From assembly GCF_001194135.2 (NCBI RefSeq), contig NC_068998.1:43150497-43214496 (forward strand): a DNA stretch of 64,000 bases. Direction: 5' to 3'. The DNA comes from Octopus bimaculoides (Eukaryota). Made by a program: the position numbers and the translations under genes. Positions 52,431 to 64,000 of this stretch are shown one piece after another (positions within the stretch are counted from its first letter, which is position 1; each line of letters begins with the position of its first letter). The notes beneath the pieces were generated by a model. It saw only the letters and a list, made by a program, of their open reading frames with translations. It was not told the origin of the DNA and did no database searches.

Positions 52431-53269
52431 TTTGTTTATTTTAATTTATTTCTTAATTTCTCATAAAACATACAATAAAAAACATCAGTAAATAAATTAT
52501 GTAAATAATGCAAATAATGTACATAATTCCTCGTCTCTTAAATATAGAACTGAAATGGTGTAATGGGTTCAATTTCTCTCAACGTTTTCAAGAACATATT
52601 TTACCAAGTTCCCTTTAAAAGTTTCCTGCAAAGAAGCAGTGAAACTTAGTGCAGTGTGAGAAGACAAGTCAAGGTCTCAATATTTTAATCAATAACTTGT
52701 ATAATGTCAAATATTCAGATAATGCCATGTAGTTGGCACTTTCAATCGTTTAGACCTCATCTTAAAGATTTATTAGTTTGTACTTTTACTGTTGACTGTG
52801 ATATATTTTATTTTATTTATATTTTTATTTTTACTTTTCTGTTGGGTAGGGGATTCTTTTGTGAACCAATAAGATATGTTCTGATCTTAGAGCTATAAAA
52901 TTTCTCTAATTCTGAAATGCGAAGAAAATGCACACAAACACAAACACACACATTTTCTCTCTGTATATATATGTTTTGCTCTTTCTGTCTTTCTCCATCT
53001 CTCTCTGTCTGTCTGTCTCTCTCTCTGTCTATCTTTCATATACACAGGCACTTGCATGCACACATATACACGCACAGATCCTTGGATTTCCTTCTATAAA
53101 TAAGATCAATAGGAAACCTGGCCTGCATCCAATCCATTCTAAGTTTTTCTTGCATCTTTAAAATCTTGCCATTCAATAAAGTGTTTCATGATACTTACAC
53201 AATGCAGCAAGATATTCTAACCAATACATTTTGGATTATGTAATGCAGTAAAACTAAAACTGAGCAAAT

Positions 53270-53470
53270 GATATAGAGCAATATCAATGATATCATTTTG
53301 ATATCACTGAAGTATATGGAATTTGGATATCACCAAAATGTATTAAACTTGGATATTATTGAAGTATACAGGCCATGGATATTATGGAAGTGTATGAAAC
53401 TTGGACATTAGTGAAGCATAACCATCTTCAACACCATTGTTGTATATCATATCTGAACATCACCGAAACT
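53270..53470. repeat. Degenerate ~30-bp tandem repeat
   Basis: Recurring ...ggatat(c/t)a...gaagt(a/g)tat... units. Confidence 0.55.
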
Positions 53471-53809
53471 TGGTAACCACAGAAATTTATCAAACTATTT
53501 GAATCGTATCATTCTGTTGTTATTCTTCCTATTTCGATCTGATGGATGTTGTCTTTAAATGGTACTTATTTATTGAGCTACCAATGAAGTACGAAATTGT
53601 TTATGTATGTCCTATCAAGTCATATTTTCTTTCAGAAATGATGTTATAGAATAATAGTGATCAGTGTTTTCACAAGGTACTTATATGCAGCATCTATCAT
53701 TTAGCAAATTCAGAATTGCAATATCTGATGCTGTAGAGAGAACAAGGCACCAAAGATTGTAATAATAATCTTGGTATAAAAGATGGATTACAGAAAATAT
53801 TCTGCTCGA

Positions 53810-54290
53810 TATCACAGATTTGCTTGTCAGTTGTTTGACCTTAACCACTTGAGCATATCCCCTGGTGGCTGATGATATGTGCCTTTCTGATCATGAGCAG
53901 AAGTGGGCAAGCATCATAGCCATGTGTTGAGAGGAATACTTTGGAGTTTAAATAATTCACCTCTGGAAACATGGGTGTTTTGTTCATCATCCTGAAACAA
54001 ACCAAATTCAGGGACCTTTTGAGCAGGATGGGCTTCTCGACCTGAAGAAAATTCTAAAAGGGCCCCACCTGTGAGGTCATGCACTGTTTATCTTGATATG
54101 AGATCACCATGTCGCGCATGTATTGTTGAGATACATATGCCTGGTGTACCCTTATCAAACAGGCTGTCATGATGGGTATATTGAGCATCATATATTTGTA
54201 TCCCAGTGTCACTTTGATGGCATGTGCTGCTTTCTCACTCAATAATAATAATATAATAATAATAATAATAATAATAATATTAATAATAAT
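53810..54290 (+). mobile_element. Interspersed-repeat 3' region ending in an (AAT)n tail
   Basis: Higher-GC block ending gtcactttgatggcatgtgctgctttctcactc(AAT)n; family not assigned. Confidence 0.4.
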
Positions 54291-54292
54291 AA

Positions 54293-54470
54293 TGCCCAGC
54301 AGAGCTCCTACAGAAAGTTTGTCTCTTAGGGAGAGCAAGGATTATCAGAAGGATTCTAAGCACTTGAATGACTGCAGAAAACTTTTGGATACCTAAGGTT
54401 ACAGGCAGTAACCCGCTACCCACATAAATCCTACCAGAAATAAGACCGAACCTAAGCCAAATCAAAATGA
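54293..54470 (+). mobile_element. 5'-truncated R4/Dong-like 3' end within (AAT)n
   Basis: SSLQKVCLLGRARIIRRILST* matches the LQK..LLG.ARI.R..L terminus of RLE elements. (AAT)n tracts lie on both sides. Confidence 0.7.
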
Positions 54471-54526
54471 TAATGGTAATAATAATAATAATAATAGTAG
54501 TAATAGTAATAATAATAATAATAATA

Positions 54527-54572
<46 letters not shown>

Positions 54573-54984
54573 TGATGATGAAACAAAAAGGAATTTGGAG
54601 GGGTGATCCATATCCTGCATGCAGATAAATTGTGGTGGTGGTGGTTTCTTTTAAGGCACGACGCCTCATATTTGATGGTGGAGGGATCAGTTGATTATGT
54701 TGATCCCCACTGAAGATGAAAATGTAAAGCTGACCTTAATTGGATTTGAACTCCGAACATGAATAAATAAAAAAATGGCCGGAACAAACACATTAACAAT
54801 CACCAACAACATCCTCTCAATCATTATTATTATTGTTGTTGTTGTTGTTACTCTTATTATTCCTAAACCGAAGCCGCTGCATTCCATTCCAATGCAGGAT
54901 TTACTGACATAGATTTTTCTCTGATAGAAGAAAGACTCAGGCTTCATTTTCTCCAACAATTTCTTTCCATCTGTTTTCATTCTT

Positions 54985-55320
54985 ATTTACTTCTCTTCCT
55001 TTCACATCTTCTTCTTCTCTTTCTTCTTCTCCTTCTTCTTCGCCTTCTTCTTATCCTCCTCCTTATCCTCCTCCTCCTCCTTCTCCTTCTTTTTCTTTTT
55101 CTTCTTCTCCTCCTCCTCCTCCTCCTCCTTTCACATCCTGCTCCTCCCCTTCTATCATTTCTTCTTTTTCTTCTCTTTCTTCTTATTCTCCTTCTCCTCC
55201 CTCCTCCTCCTTCTTCTCTTCCTCCCCTCCTCCTCCTCCTCCTCCTCCTCCTTCTTCTTCTTCTTCTTCTTCTTCTTCTTCTTCTTCTTCTTCTTCTTCC
55301 CCCTCCGCCTCCTTTCTCAT
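54985..55320. repeat. (CTT/CCT)n polypyrimidine tract
   Basis: Directly visible; source of the poly-Arg and poly-Glu ORFs. Confidence 0.9.
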
Positions 55321-56079
55321 AGCNNNNNNNNNNNNNNNNNNNNNNNNNNNNNNNNNNNNNNNNNNNNNNNNNNNNNNNNNNNNNNNNNNNNNNNNNNNNN
55401 NNNNNNNNNNNNNNNNNNNNNNNNNNNNNNNNNNNNNNNNNNNNNNNNNNNNNNNNNNNNNNNNNNNNNNNNNNNNNNNNNNNNNNNNNNNNNNNNNNNN
55501 NNNNNNNNNNNNNNNNNNNNNNNNNNNNNNNNNNNNNNNNNNNNNNNNNNNNNNNNNNNNNNNNNNNNNNNNNNNNNNNNNNNNNNNNNNNNNNNNNNNN
55601 NNNNNNNNNNNNNNNNNNNNNNNNNNNNNNNNNNNNNNNNNNNNNNNNNNNNNNNNNNNNNNNNNNNNNNNNNNNNNNNNNNNNNNNNNNNNNNNNNNNN
55701 NNNNNNNNNNNNNNNNNNNNNNNNNNNNNNNNNNNNNNNNNNNNNNNNNNNNNNNNNNNNNNNNNNNNNNNNNNNNNNNNNNNNNNNNNNNNNNNNNNNN
55801 NNNNNNNNNNNNNNNNNNNNNNNNNNNNNNNNNNNNNNNNNNNNNNNNNNNNNNNNNNNNNNNNNNNNNNNNNNNNNNNNNNNNNNNNNNNNNNNNNNNN
55901 NNNNNNNNNNNNNNNNNNNNNNNNNNNNNNNNNNNNNNNNNNNNNNNNNNNNNNNNNNNNNNNNNNNNNNNNNNNNNNNNNNNNNNNNNNNNNNNNNNNN
56001 NNNNNNNNNNNNNNNNNNNNNNNNNNNNNNNNNNNNNNNNNNNNNNNNNNNNNNNNNNNNNNNNNNNNNNNNNNNNNNN

Positions 56080-56133
<54 letters not shown>

Positions 56134-56147
56134 TATATATGTATATA

Positions 56148-56188
<41 letters not shown>

Positions 56189-56664
56189 ATATGTATGTAT
56201 GTGTGTGAGTATACACACGAACATTCACAGACATACAGGCATACATGAAAAATATTAAGAATAAATAAACATTGGTGATTGCTGAATTTTTCTTTTTTTT
56301 TTTTCTTCTGAAGCTATATTAAAACAGCATGATGTGAATAAGTTGTTTGTTTCATATTAAATAAGCAACTGATCAAATTTCAATACTGCAGTTTCAAGCT
56401 GAAGAAATACAGAAATGGTTGCAGTGGTGTTTGGGTAGTAGTGGTTATAGTAGTTGTAACATTGGTAATAGTTGTAGCGAATGGTGAAGGTGGGAGTGGT
56501 ATATGAACAATAATTATTGCCCTGATTATTTTTGAGGATTTTTTTTTATTACTTTGCTTCAATTTTCAATTTTTCAAAATTGTGTCATATTCCTTTTGTA
56601 GAAAATTAACAAAGAAATCTTGTGTTTGATGATTATTCTTCATCACCATTATCATTATCAGTAC

Positions 56665-57410
56665 GAGATGGCGAGCTGGCAGAGATGTTAGCAAGCCGGG
56701 AGAAATGCTTATTGGTATTTCGTCTGTCGTTACGTTCTGAGTTCAAATTCCGCTGAGGTCGAATTTGCCTTTCATCCTTTTGGGGTCGATAAATTAAGTA
56801 TCAGTTATGCACTGGAGTCGATGTAATCGACTTAATCCCTTGTCTATCCTTGTTTGTCCCCTCTGTGTTTAGCCCCTTGTGGGCAATAAAGAAATAAGAA
56901 ATGTTAGCATGCCTAGCGAAATGCTTAGCGGTATTTNNNNNNNNNNGGGCAATAAAGAAATAAGAAATGTTAGCATGCCTAGGGAAATGCTTAGCGGTAT
57001 TTCGTTTGACTTTACATTCTAAGTTCAAATTCCGCTGAGGTCCACTTTGCCTGTGATCCTTTCAGGGTTGATAAATTAAGTACCAGTTGCATACTGGGGA
57101 TGATCTAATCAACTGGCATGCTCCCTCAAAATTTCGGGCCTTCTGCTAAGCACTTTGCCCGGCGTGCTAATGTTTCTTATTTCTTTATTGCCCACAAGGG
57201 GCTAAACCTAGAGGGGACAAACAAGGACAGACAAAGGGATTAAATCGATTAGATCAACCCCAGTATGTAACTGGTACTTGATTTATCGACCCTGAAAGGA
57301 TGAAAGGCAAAGTTGACCTCTGCAGAATTTGAACTCAGAAAATAAAGGCAGATGAAATAGCACTAAGCATATCGCCCGGCGTGCTAACATTTCTGCTAGT
57401 TCATTGCTTT
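56665..57410. mobile_element. Cluster of three to four SINE family B copies in both orientations
   Basis: Plus copies at about 56665-56935 and 56947-57135, and a minus copy at about 57140-57410. Part is duplicated across the 10-N gap. Confidence 0.85.
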
Positions 57411-57893
57411 TGATGAAATTGATATTAACCAACAACTGTGGTTGATATATTCGATTTATGTTTACGTCAGAAACCTTTATTGCTAAGACCTGTTGGTTAT
57501 AGAGAAAAAAAAAAATAACAATCTCTAATACTAAATATGGAGTCCTATACTTATGCTTTGAATTATTATTATTATTGTTATTAACATTTTTGATGCCTGA
57601 TTTTTACCCCTAATAATTCTGCTCAATTCCATAACTTCTTTCTTATAATGTCTCCTTGTCTGTTACATTCATAGAAAAAACAAAGTAGTTGTTGTTGTTA
57701 TGATTATTATTGTTGTTATTATTATTGTTATTTTTATTCTCTCAACATGTCATTGTTTTACCAATATTGGATTGCTAGAGATCTAGCTGTGTCCTGAAAC
57801 CATAGGTATCTTGCACCTTTCATTTGGTTCTTGCTGTGACAAGCAAAACAAGCTTCTCGTTGCTGTTATTATCATTATTATTACTATTATTAT

Positions 57894-57934
<41 letters not shown>

Positions 57935-58414
57935 TGAACTGTATAGAAAATTGGCAGATTGAATCAATAGCATTCCTACCACATAACGTTTTAGAAAATA
58001 TTTTCCTTTAACAAGTCAATCTGGATAATTTTCTACTAAATTAAATATATTTTTGTTATGCTAACAGCAATATGGCAGCAAAGACAGAATATTGGAATAA
58101 ATGCTGTTATGTAATGCAAGGGTGACCTTAGACCCTAAAGAGTGCATGACTCAGGAATTGGACAAGCGTAGAGTAATAAGTGGTTCAGATCCTATCACTG
58201 ACACTCTATTTTTTTATCTTTAAAAAATGCATCATATCTTAATAATGAAGCTATTTTGTATTTCTTTTGTCATTGATTTCTTCTGGGTGAATTCAGTATG
58301 CAATATGGATGTCAAGAAGAGGAAAGATAAGGGAAATAGGAGTGCTTGAGTATGGTAGCATGTAATCGACCCACAGTCAGCTTCTGTAGTTGTAGTAGAA
58401 ATGGAAAAAGAAAG

Positions 58415-58572
58415 TGGAGGTGGCTGTGTGGTAAGTAGCTTGCTAACAAACTACATGGTTCCGGGTTCAGTCCCACTGCATGGCATGTTGGGCAAGTGTC
58501 TTCTACTATAGCCTCGGGCTGACCAAAGCCTTGTGAGTGGATTTGGTAGACGGAAACTGAAAGAAGCCCGTC

Positions 58573-58608
<36 letters not shown>

Positions 58609-58835
58609 GTAAGTGTGTGTATATGTTTGTGTGTCTGTGTTTGTCCCCCCAACATTGCTTGACAACTGATGGTGGTGTGTTTACATTTCTGTAACTTAGC
58701 GGTTTGGCAAAAGAGACCGATAGAATAAGTACTAGGCTTACAATGACTAAGTCCTGGGGTCGATTTGGTCGACTAAAGGTGGTGCTCCAGCATGGCTACA
58801 ATCAAATGACTGAAACAGGTAAAGGAGTAAAAGAG
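58415..58835 (+). mobile_element. SINE family A, full length
   Basis: Same consensus as 4786-5192. Confidence 0.9.
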
Positions 58836-60353
58836 ACAGCATGCCTGTGGTCCAAGTATTGCTCAGTGTTACAGTTGAAGTATTGTACGAGCATTGAATT
58901 GATGTGCTGAGTTCAATCTCTCCTGAGATCCACTAGTGATAACTGTTTAGCCTACTGGCAAAGAAAATGTTCTTATTGCATCTGCTTAATATAGGGGGTA
59001 CTAAGGCAGTGAGTTGGTAGAATTGTTACCATGCCAGGCAAAATGGTTAGTGGCATTTCGTCTGTCTTTATATTCTGAGTCCAAATCCTATCAAAGTTGA
59101 TTTTGCCTCTCTCATTCTTACAAGTTTGTTAAAATAAGTACCTGTTGAGCATTGTATTGGATGTAGTTGTCTAGCCCCCTTCCCTGAAATTGCTGGCCTT
59201 GTGTCAAAATTTGAAACCAATGTAGGAGGAGTTAAGGCAGACATCAGGCAGAACCGTTACTATGCCAGGCAAAATGCTTAGCATCATTCCATCCATCTTT
59301 ACATTCTGAGTTCAAATTCCACCAAGGGTTGTTAAAATAAGTACCTGTTAAGCACTGGGGTCAATGTATTTGACTACTTCCGCCAATAAAATTGCTAGCC
59401 TTGAGCCAAAGTTTGAAACCAATATAGGAGGAGCTAAAGTTGAGCACTGATCTTATGGTTGCATGTAATCTATAAGGCTAGAGGTATTATTTTGTGGTTA
59501 AGAAATGTTTTTACATTCCTGATTCCATGCTTGATCACATTGCATGACATTTATAGGCCTTGCATTGGCTAATCCTTTGTTGTTAATGAAATCTCCTGGC
59601 TAGAGACTGTACAAAAGCCTGCTATCTGTATGTGTCTGTGTGGATATTTTATGAATACCTGCAAAGGATGTAAACATTGGCTGGAAAAACGAAATACTAA
59701 TGCTATTCAAACAGTCCTTAGTGATATTTGTTCTCTACAAGTTACTCACACTCTCTCGTCACTCTTTCAATTAAGAATGCAAGGATGAATTGACTGACCC
59801 ATTAGAAACCAGTAACCACTTAAGGTGCCCATGGGCAAAGTGGTGGGGCTAAACCTAGCAATGGACCAAATTTACAACTCAAGAATAAGAACAATCCTTC
59901 TACACAGTTTCTGTGCCATGGGTATCATTCACAAAGATTTTGTTCACTCAAAGCTATGGTAGAATAGTCTTGTCTAATGTATTCTGCAGTGGAAACAGAA
60001 CTAAAATCATATAGTTCTAAAGAGAAATTCTTAGTCACACAGCCATGTTTGATACTCAACATTAAAAATTATCTCTAAAATGCAGAAACAAAAATATATC
60101 CATAAATTAATTGATTAATTGAAAATGTGGCTGAATCACTATGGTTATTGCATTCTTTTAAGTTTAAAATATGATGTGTGTGATGGTCTTTTTTGATAAT
60201 TGTTTCAGAGGTTTTGAAGGTCAATGATTGCCACCAGGCACAGCATTACGTTAATATTCAGGACATCACACAATCACATCATCAAGAACAGTTCAAATAT
60301 TGGAGTTAGTGATCATTCATTGTGTGCCATCAGTTTTAATAAAATTAACTCAC

Positions 60354-60400
60354 TTCAAATTTATGGTTTTATACTGCGTATTACTTGCACAGATGTGAAC
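60354..60400 (-). CDS. Candidate upstream exon (47 nt, phase 0 to phase 2)
   Basis: tttgtatgacag|GTTCAC...TTTGAA|gtgagtt. The only open frame is VHICASNTQYKTINL. No homology recognised. Confidence 0.2.
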
Positions 60401-60947
60401 CTGTCATACAAATATGATTAAAATACGGGAACAGTTGGGGGAAAATTGCATATTGCATATAATGAAGTTACCATCATAAACTTTCAAGATTCATTGAATG
60501 GATCCGCCCAGCGGTATTTCATTACTTCCTTTGGTCTTTATTTTTGGTCATCTCTGATATGAGTCATGAAATTTGAACTCATCACTTCTGCATAATTTTC
60601 CTTGGTCTTTCTTTTATGTGAGTTTCCTCCTCTGACAGGAGGCAACACATTCTGCCACTACAGTCAATAATCATACAAATCACATTTTAATATCATTTCA
60701 GTCATTTTGCCTGAATAAATTTGCTGATCCCCATTTAATGTTTAGTCACATACTTATTTATATTTGAGTGTGCAGATGAACTTTACACTAAAAGTGGGTA
60801 CTTTACACCTCTCGTTTATTATTTGTTCTGTTTTCAATATCTATCTTATAAAAGAGAAGTAATGCAGACTTTGAAAAAAAGACTTTCACATTGAATAGAA
60901 GGAGGGGCAGAGAAAAAGTTATTGTTGAAACAGAAATACAGTGTGTT

Positions 60948-60982
<35 letters not shown>

Positions 60983-61314
60983 GAGTGTGTGTGTGTGTGT
61001 GTGTATAAAAGATAGATAGATAGATAGGTAGGCAGTCTTGTTACTGCAGTCATTAACAAGTTTTGATTAAAAGTGCAGGAATTTCATGTGCAAGTCTGTC
61101 AACACAGCACAATACAGACTTCAAAAAAAGGCTATATATATATATATATATATAGTACAAGTAGAAAGATATAATTTTCAATGCATAAATATTGATAGAA
61201 CAGTATACATGGGATAATATCCCTTACAGAGCAGAAAAATCTGTCAGCAATCAGCCATGGCTACAATACATTTCAGTGCTTCAAAAACAAACTTCAGTTT
61301 GTTTACATATGACG

Positions 61315-61374
<60 letters not shown>

Positions 61375-61859
61375 CCCTTGTGGGCAATAAAGAAATAAGT
61401 ATTGTTGTTAAGAGAAACAACTATTTTATTTTGTGACGACTATTAACAGCTAGGCAGACTGTGTCGTTTGACAGTTAAATATCTTAATTACAGATGCAAT
61501 AAAGTTCCTATGACAAGATGTGGATCACTTTCAACTGAATGTCTACCAGCTATGATTTTAGACATTAACACTTCCATCGGCAGAGTCACCAATTCTTTTC
61601 TTTAAAACATCATTCTGTTAAAATACAGTGCAGTTAATCAACAAAATATTATGAGTGAGTCAACGAAATATTATGAGCAAGTATTTTATTGATTCCAGTC
61701 GGGTTGGAAAGAATGATTGGCTCAGTAAAGATTTTGACAAGTTTCTGGATCACAAAAACTGAAATCAATTTTAAGTTTTTGTTTTCATCTTATAATGGAA
61801 TTGGGAATTATTAGCATTGGTGGTTACAGGTTTCCAATAGACCAGTCACTTGATTGCTG

Positions 61860-62095
61860 AATTTCAGATGGAAAGTGTGTGACCTTGCATTCTTCCATTA
61901 ACATGACCAATGTGCGCATGCGCTGGCTGCACACATCTATTGATATTTTATATCAATGAACAAGAGGTTGGGTTCAAATCTGTTAAAAGATGGTGATAAA
62001 AAGTCCCTGAGGCAGAAGCAGACCAAGAATGATAAGAGAAACAGTGGGCTCAGATCTGAGAAAGTATGCCAGCCTTTAGAGATAAGATTATGCAG
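61860..62095 (+). mobile_element. Highly decayed RTE-like RT C-terminal remnant
   Basis: Fragments RMRWLH and GRSRPRMIRETVGSDLRK resemble the RTE R.RW.GH and GRPR..W...V..DL motifs. Confidence 0.35.
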
Positions 62096-62194
62096 GATAA
62101 AGAATTTATATCTGCAGTGTTATATAACCCTATTCTATCAGAGATAAATGGACATTAAAATGAACATGAAGAGGATAATGTTCAAATACTTCTA

Positions 62195-62406
62195 CAGGGT
62201 GTCCACAAAGTCTGGGTACAAGGAGTAAATAAAATCATAACATAGACAATTAAATATAAGAAATAACAATTTCTTAAAGTATGTGTTAATCTCCATGTGG
62301 GTACATGGAGTAAATAAAATCATAACATAAACAATCAAATATAAGAAATAATAATTTCTTTAAGTATGTGTTAATCCCCATGTACCCAAACTTTGTGGAC
62401 ACCCTG
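62195..62406. mobile_element. Tc1/mariner-type MITE
   Basis: TA on both sides; ~26-bp TIR CAGGGTGTCCACAAAGT(C/T)TGGGTACA; internal ~85-bp tandem duplication. Confidence 0.85.
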
Positions 62407-62929
62407 TACAATATCTTCATATTCTTGAATATTTGATTGTTGTAATCAACCCGACTTAATTAAGTCTTTCATGATATACTTCTCATACATGTCCTCATTG
62501 AATTTATACATGGTCTTACAACATGCTAGAAATAACAACTAAATCTTTTTACAAAATCTCACCCTACTTTGCTAAAAAATGGAAGTGAATCACTGGATAA
62601 CATAGGCTTAGATATACAAAAGAAAAAAACAGTATGATCTCAGCTGAAATATCATTTTTTCATAAGTCTGCTTGATCAGGGCTGACCTAGAGTTAAACTG
62701 CAGCACAAACAGTCCATCAGCCAATGGTGTAGCTTCTTCACAGTCATTCAGCCTTCTAAAAATAGCAACCAAATTAAACTCAAATAACACCCAATCAACA
62801 TTAAATTTTTTAAAATATTAGATAACACACGATCATTCCACTCCCATGTTTTAGGGGATATCATCTTCCCTTCAAACTTTTGTGACCCTAGTTCTAACAA
62901 AACAATAGTGAAATAATTGTAAATAGCTA

Positions 62930-63404
62930 CAATTGCAGCATGGAAGATGTTTGTAAGCCATTTAAGAACACAGAAAAGCTGTTAGTTTCACTTCATTTAA
63001 ATTTAATTTGTGCCAAAATATTTTTGTTGCTTTGAAACTGTCCCCTGTTCACTGACAAAACATAAACACATACATCGTGAACGAAGTGTTATTTTCTCAG
63101 ATGCAGCCCAAAGTTTTGTCAGTGAACAGGTTGTGGTTTCAAAGCAATGAAAATATTTTGAGTCAAATTAAATTTTAAAATGTTATGTCCTGCATAATGA
63201 CGATGTATTTCGTCATCTCTGCAGGACTGGCCCAAACATTGTACCTCGCTGACTGACATTACTGACTGTGTCAGTCTTCTATTCATTAGTCGTGGACCAG
63301 CCCACTTCTCACCTGGGAGCATCCACCACAATAAATGTTGAAGTGAAACTAATGGTTTTTGTGTGTTCTTAAATGGCGTACAAACATCTTCCACGCTGCA
63401 ATTG
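62930..63404. mobile_element. Non-autonomous element with nested inverted repeats
   Basis: Outer IR about 62930-62996 / 63339-63404, inner IR about 63000-63061 / 63113-63176, and a hairpin gtcctgca...tgcaggac at about 63187-63228. Confidence 0.7.
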
Positions 63405-64000
63405 TTTTTGTTTCAGCACACGATCTCAGATCAAGTCACTTGGTATGCAAGTACATCTCTGTAAATAACTAACTTTCAGCTTAATAAAAGGCAGATGTTT
63501 ATCTATTGAAATCTAATATTATCTTTTATATAATAAAGAAATTTCAGTCCAATTTGAACAATTTAATGGGCGTTGTTTTTGATTGGGTGTTGCTTCAAAG
63601 CAAGCAAGTCTCATACTATAAATAAACTTTACTGGTTCAAGTAGCAATTATACAGTTTAAACAAATCGAGACACATTTTAGCTCATTTGAATTTAAAATT
63701 ATACGTGATTATAGAATGAAATGTAATGTTTAAGTATCTGATGCTTACCTTAACTTAACTAAGAGAAAGCATTATTGTCTACCCTCTCTGTTATCTTCGT
63801 TGTTTAAGAAACAAGAGCTGAGTTGAATGAGAACATTTGGCTGTATGCCTGTGAAATATAAATACAGAGTAATGATTCTGACAGATGCAGTTTAACTTAG
63901 AAAACATTTACCATTTACTATAATAGAGATAACATATATCCAGAAATTTCTCTTAATGTTGCTAGTACTATAACTGAACCAGTTCAATGTAAAAACTATA

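Noticed and set aside
54983-56246. Long ORFs spanning N runs or encoding poly-Arg, poly-Glu or YI repeats
   Set aside because: Artefacts of gaps and microsatellites; this applies to most of the ORF track.

Overview
This is AT-rich eukaryotic DNA, dense in microsatellites and broken by about 16 N-gaps. It is not prokaryotic, and I found no rRNA, true tRNA gene or CRISPR array. The repeat content (tRNA-derived SINEs with an Arg-type head, RTE, Penelope-like and R4/Dong fragments, long (TA)n/(CA)n/(CAT)n tracts) is most consistent with an octopus or other coleoid cephalopod scaffold; this is inference. Almost all ORFs in the supplied track are artefacts of microsatellites, gaps or SINEs. The window looks like intronic space of a large minus-strand gene. 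The best coding exon is 25308-25452, which begins VQWVNALR, resembling the C-terminal helix of a PH domain. Phase-compatible candidate exons lie downstream at 11341-11487, 9370-9378 (a 9-nt microexon) and 838-962. Transposons recognised by eye are a Penelope-like element with inverted pseudo-LTRs, a piggyBac deletion derivative nested in a fold-back, piggyBac, hAT and Tc1 MITEs, a Merlin-type MITE with an 8-bp TSD, and RTE and R4/Dong remnants. The most notable signal outside the ORF track is a set of type I hammerhead-ribozyme motifs in at least six apparently unrelated sequence contexts. One (34134-34178, minus strand) has an intact core, and several occur as inverted pairs or at fold-back centres. 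All structures were paired by hand and no database search was run. Repeat boundaries are approximate unless TIR or TSD coordinates are given.
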